Made by a program: the position numbers and the translations under genes. This document shows positions 39,211 to 50,291 of a stretch of 64,000 nucleotides of DNA, piece by piece (within the stretch, counting starts at the first letter, position 1; each line of letters starts with the position of its first letter). Origin of the DNA: Mobula hypostoma (lineage: Eukaryota). The notes beneath the pieces were generated by a model, which made no database searches, was not told the DNA's origin, and saw nothing but the letters and a program-made list of their open reading frames with translations. The stretch covers positions 147,438,001-147,502,000 of the forward strand of contig NC_086097.1 in NCBI RefSeq assembly GCF_963921235.1, in the 5' to 3' direction.

Positions 39211-39429
39211 ATTTTTTTGACTCTGTGATTGTGGTTGTTTCCTGATGCTATCACTAACCCATGGTAGCTCAATACTGACTTTTACATCTTATTTTACCTC
39301 CGCATGAATCTAATTTCAGGTCTTAAAATCTTCCCTCCTTGATTTTCAATCTTAACTATGCATCAGTTCTAAGAAAAGGTCTTAGTATTGAAGCATCTCT
39401 GTTACTGTCTCCATAGATGTTTTTTATGT

Positions 39430-39610
39430 GTTGTTCCCTGGTGCACCTTGTGGCATATCATGCAGAAATTTTGCCACTTCTGTAGCTTTTGACTGTTCTT
39501 TTTTAACGATGCTCAACCCAGCATGGAAAGCATGCAAGGAAGTGACTGGATTCGAACTCAGAACCATTTGCTATGAAGCCCAGTGCTGATGCCACTACAC
39601 CACCAGTCAG
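39430..39610 (-). mobile_element. tRNA-derived SINE
   Basis: Minus strand reads ggtggtgtagtggcatcagcactgggcttc...gagttcgaatccag (A and B boxes). Confidence 0.7.
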
Positions 39611-40319
39611 CATGGTACATTTACCCAGCCGTTTCTGTTCCTCTGTTTTTACTTCAGCCTATCTGGTAGGGCCCTTAAAATGTTCTGTAGCTAGGTGGCT
39701 GCAAATAGAGTGGCTGATTGAAAAGAACTTCCATTCTCCCTGAATAATATTTCTGGAGATTTTTACCTGAGTTTTCAAATATGCTTGCCTTTTTTTTGAA
39801 CTTGTCTCTACCAACATCACTGCTATAGAATTTCTCAAGACCTTTTGACCATGACACTATAATTCCTACCACTGCTGATTTATCATCTGTCATTTCCCTA
39901 TTATGTCCTTTTTGCTCTACTTCAAACCCTTCCAAAGCCTTCATTAGGAATCAGCACCACTACGATAGCCACTTTGTATTTTCACTCCCATTATTTGAAA
40001 ACCATCTAGCAGCAAGATTTCAGACTTTGAATCCATTGTGAATATTTAATGAGACAGTTCCCTTTCTCCATACACCAGAAAACATTATTTGAGAGCTAGC
40101 AAAATCCTATGACCACTGAGAGATACAATAACAGCACTTTGAGTAATGCTGTCTCGCTTAGCTGTATCCATGAGTATTCATATATGATTAAATGACAATT
40201 AGACTTGAATTGAATTAAATTCACTGATTGGACTAAAAAAATCCATTTGCAGGATTTGATCCCCAAAATTGCAACCCAAGCTTAAATGTTTAGACTGAGA
40301 AATGAAGAAAGTTTCCTTA

Positions 40320-41000
40320 ATAGGTAGATAGATAGATAAGTCATCTAGACCAAATGGACTATGCCCCAGAGTTCTGAAAGAAGTAACTGAAGAAATTTTG
40401 GAGACATTAGTATTGATCTGTAAAGAATCACTGGATTCTGGAATGGTTTGGGTAACTGCAAGTGTCACTCCACTCATTTAGAAGAGGGAGAGTGAGAAAA
40501 AGGAAGTTAGACTGACTTCAGTGGTTGGGAATTTGTTTGAGTCCATTATTAAGGATAAGCTTTTAGGGTACTTAGAGGCACAAGATAAAATAGGCCAAAG
40601 TCACCATGGTTTCCTTAAGGGGAAATCTGATGGAATTCTTTGAGGTAATAACAGGCAGAATAGACAATGGAGAGTCTGTGGATGTAGCTTGCTTGGATTT
40701 TCAAAAGGCCTTTGACAAGGTGCCACACATGAGGCTGCTTATCCAGATAAGAGCCCATAGTATTACTGGAAAGATACTAGTGTGGATAGAAGATTGGCTG
40801 ATTGGCAGGAGAAAAAAATCAGAATAAATTGGGCCTATTCTGGTTGGCCGCCGGTGGCAAGTGGTGTTCTGTAGGGGTCGGTATTGGGACTGTTTCTTTT
40901 CATGTTATAAGTCAGCAATTTGGATGACAGAATTAAATATTTTGTGGCCAAGTTTGCAGACAATACAAAGATAGCTGGCAGGGCGGGTGGTATTAAGGAC
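40320..41000 (+). mobile_element. CR1 LINE RT fragment
   Basis: LMEFFEVITGRIDNGESVDVACLDFQKAFDKVPH and KFADNTK. Confidence 0.88.
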
Positions 41001-41327
41001 AGGTTCCATGGTGTTTGTCTCCAAGCTGCCTGCAGGAGGACAAATCTCAGAGATGTATTCTGTGCTCATACTTTGACAATAAATATACTTTGAACTTTGA
41101 ACTTTGAATCTTGAAATGCCAGGAAATTGACAGATGGTTTGCAGATAAGTGTCTATCAAAAGAGTTCAGCTCTTTTACACCATTTCCTGTGTAAAATAGT
41201 TAAGCCGACTTTCTCTGATCTCATCATATTGGAACAAGGATGGGAAGTACCTACAGCTTTGACAGATTTCCACACGCAGTTGAGGCAAGTTACGTCTCAT
41301 TTCTTAGTAAAGTGACCATAAGCTGTG

Positions 41328-41481
41328 TTACGGCATTTTTATGCACCACAGCCTGTCTTCAATTTCCTGTAAGCTTCCTTGTATTTCCTGCAATGTGTTC
41401 CTTAAATTCTTAGAGATCTCTTTCACATGTTCTAGAAAACAGTCAATTGACACTGCAGCTCTTCATCTCCTACATGTACAC
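41328..41481 (-). pseudogene. Terminal coding exon of the candidate pseudogene
   Basis: Acceptor ttttttgtctcataccttgcAG. Reads (S)VHVGDEELQCQLTVF / one-base frameshift in a T run / LEHVKEISKNLRNTLQEIQGSLQEIEDRLWCIKMP*. Confidence 0.75.
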
Positions 41482-42216
41482 CTGCAAGGTATGAGACAAA
41501 AAACACAGGTCTAAAAATCAAAGTGAATAGATCTGTGTGACAAGAATGCACATCAACCTTGAAATAACACATCCTCTCCGCCTACTGCATGAAATGTAAC
41601 CATTATCACTTAAAGTTAATTTATTAATGAAGTCATAATTACTTGATTTTTGGTGCATTAAGAAGACTCAATCAGTGGCCCATTTCCAATGAATTTAGAA
41701 GTCACTCTCTTGCCATGCAGTACTGTGAATTTTAGAGCCTCCCTTAGTAATGAGCAGCAAGGAATAATAGTATAAATCCCGGCAAATTTTGATTAGTTCA
41801 AAACACCAGAAACTATCAGGGTTCAGTGTTGTCTTCCTTCCAGCCATACTCCTGTGTAGGCTACCAAAGTAGATAGTAGACTCTCTTCTGACTTCTAAGG
41901 TGACTGATCTGGGAATTATCCCATATATGTCTTTAGGCGGGCATGCTAGAGGATTATGCAACTTGATTTCTGCAATATGTTTTGTCTGCCAAGCACAGAT
42001 TATTTCGTTCTGTTCTACAGTGTTTTTCCCAGCTTCCCTGCATGGTCATTGCAAAGGTACTGAGTAGTCTTTCTTTGGAAAAGGTCAATTTTAATTGTAG
42101 ACAGACTATTCTGTATGGAACTCTACAACTACGGCATTCTGAGGGCAAAACAAGTCCATGAGTAAGGGATATACTTTGTTCACTTGCACTTGCTGAAGAA
42201 ACTTTCTGAAACTTAC

Positions 42217-42376
42217 TTCCAAGTAAAATATCAACTATTCATTCAGTGCATTGTGGGCATCTCTTCAACTGGAGTGTAACATGTTCACTCGAATGGGCAG
42301 CCTTATTGTTTGTTTCTATCTTCAAATCATTCCTGCATTCATGCTCATCCATCAATTTCAAGCAGCATTCTGTATC
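42217..42376 (-). pseudogene. Internal exon (160 bp, phase 0 to 1)
   Basis: Acceptor cttcccatttgttcttcAG, donor A|GTAAGT. Reads DTECCLKLMDEHECRNDLKIETNNKAAHSSEHVTLQLKRCPQCTE*IVDILLG. Confidence 0.75.
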
Positions 42377-42842
42377 CTGAAGAACAAATGGGAAGGTGGA
42401 TGAGAATGTCTGTCAGCTTGCTTTCTTCATTATCTCTGTGGTTGTCACTGCCGAAGGTCAAGGTTTTGTCCAATAGCCCTGCCGAGCACTTCATCTTTGT
42501 CATAACACTTATTGAAGAAACATTCATATGTCAAGGATATCAGTTAGCACAATTTCTCAAACACTCAGGTAAGAAGCTCATCTGGAACATTACAGTGCTC
42601 TGATTGCAGGGACGTATCAGAGAATAATTACAGGTTGTAAAAAGTTGGTTTACTGAGACTTTACAAGCTCTGTAAGAGCAGTCCATTTCACTCCATTCCA
42701 AAGGCCACATTTCAGAGCACTATAAATTCTTTCTCTTCAGATATTTGTCCTGTTCCAATTTAAATGTTTAATTGAGTCTACTTCTGCTACTGTCCCTCTT
42801 AGTTCATTTCAGACCCTACTAAATTGCCCAGAAAACAAAACT

Positions 42843-43050
42843 GTTGTTGTTCAGTCATTAAGTTGAGTCCGATCTTTCATGACCTCATGAACCACAAGGT
42901 CCATAGGGTTTCCATGGCAAGATACAGAAGTAGACTGCCAGGCCTTTCCTCCGCACAGGTACTGCTGCTGCACAGGTTGGTACCCAGCTGGGTTTGTACT
43001 CAGGACCATCTGCCTCGAAGTCCAATGCGGTTGCTACTACACCGCCAACA
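42843..43050 (-). mobile_element. tRNA-derived SINE with RTE/BovB-like 3' tail and (ACA)n end
   Basis: Minus strand: ggcggtgtagtagcaaccgcattggacttcgag...gagtacaaaccc, then ggaggaaaggcctggcagtctacttctgtatcttgccatggaaaccctatggac...cggactcaacttaatgactgaacaacaaca. Confidence 0.7.
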
Positions 43051-43075
43051 AGCAAGAAAACAAAATACTTCATGG

Positions 43076-44505
43076 CAATTCAATAGGTTTCAATAGGTAC
43101 ATTTAATGTCAGAGAAATCTATACAATATACATCATGAAATTCTTTTTCTTCGCAGACATCCACGAAAACAGAGTTAGTGCCCCAAAGAATGAATGACAG
43201 TTAAAACGTTAGAACCCCACAGCCCTGCTCAACTCCCCCTCCCATGCGCAAGTGGAGGCAAGACAACGAGCCCCCCCAACTCCCACCAACAAAAAAGAAG
43301 CCGCACCCTCCACCGAGCACTCAAGCGTGCAGCAAAGCATCAATAAAGACACAGACTTGCAGCACCTCAAACACTACGCATTCACCTGGTAATTCAACAT
43401 ACCACAGGCTCTCTTTCTCCCTAATAAGGGAAAAAGAGGTGTCCCCAATTCGCAGCAGGAAGGGGGACATAACAAACAACTCGCTGATTTACGACGTTAA
43501 AAGTCTGTTGCGTCACTTCTTCCAAACTCTGCACCCAGAGAGTCGGCACCAAAAAGACGCAGCTCTCTGGACACGCACCACCGGCCGCCAACCCGCTACT
43601 CGCGATGTTCCATGTTCTCCTGTGACACTTCAGTCTGGGGCACCAGCCCAGAATCAGCATGTTTCTGGTAGACCTGAGGAGAGCTAAGGTACCGGTGACC
43701 CCTGTTTCCATCCAGGGGGTCAGTGTGGACATGGTGGAGGATTACAGATACCTGGGGACATGAATTGACAATAAACTGGACTGGTCAAAGAACACTGAGG
43801 CTGTCTAGAAGAAGGGTCAGAGCCGTCTCTATTTCCTGAGGAGACTGAGGTCCTTTAACATCTGTCGGACGATGCTGAGGATGTTCTATGAGTCTGTGGT
43901 GGCCAGTGCTATCATGTTTGCTGTTGTGTGCTGGGGCAGCAGGCTGACAGGCTGAAGGTAGCAGACACCAACAGAATCAACAAGCTCATTCGTAAGGCCA
44001 GTGATGTTGTGGGGATGGAACTGGACTCTCTCACGGTGGTGTCTGAAAAGAGGATGCTGTCTAAGTTGCATGCCATCTTGGTCAATATCTCCCATCCACT
44101 ACATAATGTACTGGGTGGGCACAGGAGTACATTCAGCCAGAGACTCATTCCACCGAGATCCAACACTGAGCCTCATAGGAAGTCATTCCTGCCTGTGGCC
44201 ATCAAACTTTACAATTCCTCCCTTGGGGGGTCAGACACCCTGAGCCAATAGGCTGGTCCTGGACTTATTTCATAATTTACTAGCATAATTTACATATTAC
44301 TATTTAACTATTTATGGTTCTATTACTATTTATTATTTATGGTGCAACTGTAACGAAAACCAATTTCCCCTGGGATCAATAAAGTATGACTATGACTATG
44401 ACTATGTCTCCAGAGCCACGAAATCCCAGAACCTTGAAGGCGCACTTGGGATCAAAAAGTGGCCAGTCATGAGGCCCTGAGAGCGGGTCCCATTCCCGCA
44501 AAGAA
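43076..44505 (-). mobile_element. Non-autonomous Rex1-tailed element interrupted by a Rex1 3' fragment
   Basis: (TTCAATAGG)n tail; body homologous to 20960-21836; resumes at ~44406. Confidence 0.7.
43667..44405 (+). mobile_element. Young Rex1/Babar LINE 3' fragment with (ATGACT)n tail
   Basis: YRYLGT*IDNKLDW...KKGQSRLYFLRRLRSFNIC...FYESVVASAIMFAVVCWG, then AATAAA and tatgactatgactatg. Confidence 0.9.
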
Positions 44506-44602
44506 CGTATAATGATTTTCAGTGCACTTTTTTTATGATAATGAATTTATCTGGTTGTAATCGCATTGCTCTGTGGAATCTTACTATACACTTTATAATG
44601 GA

Positions 44603-45480
44603 ACAACACACAAAATGCTGGAAGAACTGAAAGGGTCAGGAAGCATCTATGGGGGGGAATAGACAGTCAATGTGTTGAGTCAGAACCATTTATCAGGACT
44701 GGAAAGAAAGAGGACAGCTAGTCCATACAGAAAGATGCAAGGAAAGGGTGAAGCAAGAAATGGCAGCTGATAGGAGTCCTGCCAAGGGGTTTTGGCCCAA
44801 AACGTCAATTGTACTCTTTTCCTAGATGCTGCCTGGCCTGCTGAGTTCCTTCAGCATTGTTTGTGTTTAGCTGATATGAATCTAGGTGAGGTGGGTGGTG
44901 GGGGGTCGATGGATAGGTGAGGTGGGGGGGGGTACGATGAATAGGTGAGGGAGCAGGAGAGTGGGAATGATGTAAGAAGCTGGGAGGTGGTAGCTGGAAG
45001 TAACAGACATCTGAAGAAGATAAAATCTGATAATAGAGGACTGTGGACCATAAAAGTAAAGGGAAGAAGATGAGAAGGGCAGATCAAAAGGGTGAGAGAG
45101 GGATTGGGGGTAGGGACAAGCAGACGAGGTAGTCAAAGAGAGAATGATCCTTGCTGAAAGTGAAGCAGGAAGGAAAAGAGGAGATGCACAGGGTGTTGAG
45201 ATCTGGTTGGAGATGGCAAAAGTTGTGGGTGAGGACTGTATCGATAGCAGTGGGGAGAAGCCCCATTTTCTGAAAAAAAGAGGACATCTCAGTCATCCTG
45301 GAATGGAAACATCATTGCGAGTACAGATGTGGTAGAGAAAGAGAAAGTGAGGAAACAGAATTGCAAATGGGGGAAGAGGTAACAAAGTAACTGTGGGAGT
45401 CCGTGAGTTTATAAAAGATGTCAGTAGATAATCTACCTCCCAAGATGAAGAGTAAGAGAGATCAAGAAATGCAGGAGAGT
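44603..45480 (-). mobile_element. Old Penelope-like remnant with an embedded plus-strand 3' end (44773-44868)
   Basis: aacacacaaaatgctggaagaactg start. Minus ORF 45084..45296 (EMSSFFQKMG...HNFCHLQPD) resembles the Penelope thumb/linker. Confidence 0.75.
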
Positions 45481-45842
45481 TATGGAAGATAGATACACTC
45501 TATATTATTGTATAGTTTTTCAATACACTGCATATGATTGTATTTTTAAAGCACATTGGAATGCCTTGAAAGGGGCAGGAATGAGACTAAACAAATTCAA
45601 GTCTGTCCTTTTATTTTATATCCTCAACTCAGCAAGGAGATCAATTATACCTGTATCACACGATAGAGATCTGAATCCATATTACTCTTTTTCTTCAAAT
45701 GAATGTATGACTACGTTTCATTTATGGCCAGTCAAAGCAAGTTCAATATCACGCCAGTACAACAGCTTATTTTATAAGCTTGGACCGCTAGTGAAATTCT
45801 AATAATCCCCGGGGCCAATTCATATGAGCTAAAATTTGTTAC

Positions 45843-46012
45843 CTATTGAATGTGAGCTTCAAAAGGATGTGAATGACAATCATCAAAGCAAGTTATTACT
45901 GGAAGACCATCAAGACAACTCTTCTAAAGGTACTGTTATTTCTGTACACTTGGAGGCAGACAAAATATGAAATCACTGAATTGATTCAGGCAACTTTTAG
46001 GAAAGAAATTTC
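45843..46012 (-). pseudogene. Internal exon (170 bp, phase 1 to 0)
   Basis: Acceptor aaattgcAG (weak pyrimidine tract), donor AG|GTAAC. Reads (R)NFFPKSCLNQFSDFIFCLPPSVQK*QYL*KSCLDGLPVITCFDDCHSHPFEAHIQ*. Length fits both neighbouring phases. Confidence 0.6.
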
Positions 46013-46254
46013 CTGCAATTTTATTATAATATAATAATCTGGATTGAAGATAAACCTTACATTTTTAAGAAATTTTTGATTGGATCTTCTATCAATCCAC
46101 AATGAGTCATCCTGTTCGATCACTGACAATAGCAACAATGTGCATTTATGTAGTGTCGTATCAGAGAACGCATCAAGTTAAGAGCTTACTTCTTTTTATT
46201 TGGGTTGTAGAAAATCACTTAAAGCCCAAAAGGTTTATTCAGATTAGTAGAATT

Positions 46255-46740
46255 TCAGATTCAGATTCCTTTATTTATCACATGCACATGGAAGCATACA
46301 GTGAAATGTGTCATTTGCATTAACTATCAACACATTCCGGCACCAACATAGCATGCCCATAATGTTCAGCAGAACAACACAGAACACAATAAGACAGAAC
46401 AGAAAAAGAACAATAAAACAACAAAAGTAAAATGTGCCCAGTTCCTCCCTCTCACCCCTCTAACCCCAGTACAGGCTGTTTAGGATTCACAGACATGAGG
46501 CTTCAACTTACCTAGCAGACTCACAGACCTAGGCTTTCACAAACTACCAGACTTCTGATTGACCTTCAGTCTTTGGTCTTCAACATCGACTCCAAGATTT
46601 GACGATAACAATGAATGAGGACCCCAGACACTTGACCTTGATTTGTGTCAACTTGCGTGCCTAGGGGTTCACAGGCCCTCGACATCTTGCCTGCACAGAA
46701 CGCCAATCCAGGAACACACTAACAACTTAGTCACCTGGGG
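46255..46740 (-). mobile_element. Non-autonomous Rex1-tailed element
   Basis: (TTCAGA)n tail and tttatttatcacatgcacatgg; homologous to 6145-6728. Confidence 0.6.
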
Positions 46741-46744
46741 AGGG

Positions 46745-48438
46745 GCGGAAAGGGTGGGTGGGGGGGGGGTGGTCACCAATTCTTGTCCTCACTGTACTGC
46801 CAGTCTGACATCCAACCATGGATGCCCTTCGCCCCATGTTGACTCTATTGCAGGGGATGTGGCATGCAAATACTGGGTGGATCAGCAATCAAGTCATAGT
46901 TGCCTCAGCTACTCATATTGCTGGCCCTCCTGTCTTAACCATCTACAAGCCCAATTTGGCTTGTTTGTTGTTATATTTCACTGTTATGAATGTCATTCAC
47001 ACAAGAGTTATCTTTCCTGCAGTATACGTTCGTAGTTGAATATCTGCAGGCTTCAGTTCAGTATCTTTGAAACGCCATTCAAACTCAATTTGTGGAATGA
47101 CTGAAACACCCAATGTCCAATTCTATTTTAATTAATTTGCCATTTGCTTCTGGTGTAAGTCATATTAATTGTGTATTGTTAATTTTCAGATTGTACATTT
47201 TAAGGCAAGGTAGTCCTGTGTCACTCCCATCATTATCAGATTTTTCATCATCAGTATGCAGATTAGAGCTTTTCTGAAAATATAGTTTAACTTTTTGTCT
47301 TTTTCTCTTCCCTGTGCAGTCCATTTATATTTGTCTGTCCGAACTGCTCTTTATATATGTCCACTTTGTTGGAACTTTCTGCAAGTATTGTCTTTAAATT
47401 TGCATTGGTCTGTGTGCATGTCAGCTTCTGCCACAACAGGAACACAATTGTTTGGCTAGGCCAGTATCTGTTCATATGTTGCAATTTTGTACATGCTCAC
47501 TTTCATTCCTGACTGAAACTCAATTGCGTCTCTGTCTGCCTTTTCCATTGATACAGTGATTTCAACTGCTCTTTTAAATATGAGTTGTGCTTCCATTAGG
47601 AGCTGTTTTAAGTGCTTTCTTGAAAGATTCCACAAACTAAACAATCTCTCAGTGCATCATTAAACACATCTCTGCCATGTACACTAAAATGGACCCCCTT
47701 CCTTTTGATCCTGCATATGAAACCTAAAGTGTTCTACAATCAACAATGGTTTCAGTTCTAAATGTTCCTACATTATTTTCATGATAGCAGCAAAGCTCAT
47801 TTCTGCTGGTTTGGTTGGAGCTGTCAAAGTACTCAGCAAACTCTATACCTTCAAACCCAATGTATTCAGCAAGACTGACTCTTGCTTCTCATTGGCTATT
47901 TCATTTGCTTTAACATACTGCTCAAATCACTCAGTATATAATATCCAGTTATCTCATGTGCAATTCAATGTTCCTCTCTTTCTGAAGCAGCCAGCTATTT
48001 TTGCTTTTTAAAAAAATTTATGATTCTAATTGGCCAGTACTTGCTGTTTATCAACCTGAGAATCTGTCCATTTTCTACCTTTGTTTTTTAACTCAATGTC
48101 TCTGTCCCCTTGTGAAGAAGCACATACTGTGCTCCTTTTGTTTAACTCAAACATCTCGCTGGACTTCAACAGGTAGGTAGTTGTCTTGGGTTTGTTTAAA
48201 ACTTCCTCATTGCCACTATTATTTCAATTAATAACTAAATGAAAGGAAACACAGAGCTGGAAATAAATGTTTTATGTTTTGTTTTTACTTTAAGTGAGGT
48301 GCCTGCCTATGATGTGGCAGTGTGGTGATGTGCATTTGAGTATTTTTGCAGAAAGCCCGTAATGAATTATGTAAACAACAAAGAATGCTTAATCAAACAA
48401 TATTACTCAAATATTACTAAAATATTAAATACATAGCA
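46745..48438 (-). mobile_element. Second decayed Gypsy copy (LTR, gag, protease), same family as 30150-34548
   Basis: LTR 48217-48438 shares gtaaacaacaaagaatgctta..caaacaatat. PBS-like TGGCAATGAGG. Gag MEAQLIFKRAVEITVSME. Confidence 0.85.
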
Positions 48439-48463
48439 GTGTGATTATCGATGATCAGACTAC

Positions 48464-48744
48464 TTCTGATCTTCCAATTAAAGGAAAGCCATTGATAAAG
48501 CAGCTGAAGACAAATTGGCATACAATAAGTCTGCCCAGTTGTAATAACCAGTGACTGCATATCCTTCTGAATGCTATTCAAAAACACAAGGCTTTCACCA
48601 CCAGAAGATATCAACACAAGTTTCAGGGAACTGAAAAGCAGAGTGATTTTGGCATCAGAAATTTTGCCTGACGTTTCCCCCAAATGGCAACTTACAGAAA
48701 CCTTTCCCTCATATTGTTGGTTTGTTGATTTCATCACCCTTAGT
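48464..48744 (-). pseudogene. Two small candidate exons (48744-48696 and 48630-48464)
   Basis: LRVMKSTNQQYEGKVS|GTAAGT, then acceptor ctctgcttttcAG, then ...SLVFLNSIQKDMQSLVITTGQTYCMPICLQLLYQWLSFNWKIR with a weak donor A|GTAGTC. The frame at the internal junction is ambiguous. Confidence 0.5.
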
Positions 48745-50291
48745 CTGTGCAACCTTTTTAGTTAAAAAGACCAATCTTATTGACTTGGGGACAAAGAAAG
48801 TGTAAATCATTTGCTATAACCTTTAGGTAACAGGTTTGAAGTTAAAAACCAACTAATTGACATTGTAGTTTTATCAATCTTGGAACCATTGTAAACCTAA
48901 AAGTTTGAGACTAAGGGCGAACTAATAGTGCAATAATTGCAAAGCAACGTTTATGTTTTTCCGCCTATTTGCTCCTCTTACAGTTTTTGTCAATTTACAG
49001 TCTACTCTCATGGAGCTAGCCCTCCATGATATATCCAGTCTTACACAAGAGTGCTTTAGATTCAATGTGGTATGTAACGTGGAGTAGCCATCTGTGGTGA
49101 GGATAATTTCAAAATCTCATCTGTGGCTTATTTCAAAATTAAGTACTTTTGAAGACATTGGACAAGATATTTTCCAGAAGTCAATTACTTTAATAGCTAA
49201 ACTCTCCTAATTTTTAAAAATTTGTTCCTGAAGTGTGAGTAGCCATGTCAAACCAACATTAATTGCGCAACCTTAGATGCCCTAAGGGCATTAAGAGTTA
49301 ATAAGGTGCCATAGATCATGTGCAATGCCTCCTTTCTAGAACACATTAAGGTTTGGTTCTTGATGTTGGGAATGAAGGGACTGATCTGTGGAGGAAGATT
49401 TAAGGTCCAGTGGCAACAAGGTTTAGGGAAAAGTATGTACCATCTATAAGATTAATATATATATAGACAAAAGGGAAAAAGCAACATTGATGGCGTGAGA
49501 ATAGATCTGGCTTGGGTAAACTGAAACTTGAGATTTGACAGGAAAACCAGACCTCCAACTCTTTGACCACGTGCTCACCCAGACATGTGTTGCTTTGGCA
49601 GAAAACACTGTAATTAAACAACGAGGGGCTGTGAACATGGAGATGACCCAAATACAATCTATGTACCAGTGTACCATGAAGGAGGAGGGCAGGGCATTAA
49701 AACCATTGCTTTTTGGGTTACAGGAAGAATATATAGAATAGAAGGGAAGAATATATAGAGTAGAATGGAATGACGTACGACAGAGGTCAGGTTGACAACA
49801 CAAGTGAAAATTCAGCTAACTATAGAAGTAAAAGAGACAAAGGGCACATATGAGAAAGGCAAAGTGGTGAAGTTAAAGAGAAAATCTGAAATATTCTTGG
49901 ACGAACCCCCCCAGATGTTGTGACTGTGAACAAAGTCACTGGAGAGACACTGAAGCTAATGGATATAGGTCTTCACTCCATTAAATGAGCAGCAAGAATC
50001 ATATATGAGACACTCTTGGAAGAACAGGCCTGCCAGACCCAATATTACATGGCATTTTTACTTGCTAAAGATCAAAGGTAAGAACAGGACAATTTTATAG
50101 TTACAACGCATCTACAATGCTTCCTTTGAATTACATATGATTTTCAAATACAGTACCTCCAGCTACACACCCACACTCCAGACACTGTAGACTGAATGTT
50201 AATCAGCATTGTCTCTCTCTAGCTGCATTCATGTATATGCAGACATCAAGTGAATGAATGTTTCCTGGTTTGAAAAGGCAAGGAATCTTCA

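Noticed and set aside
39540..39610. tRNA gene
   Set aside because: The A/B boxes run into a SINE body and no complete cloverleaf is evident. The same holds for 24385, 25740 and 42980.
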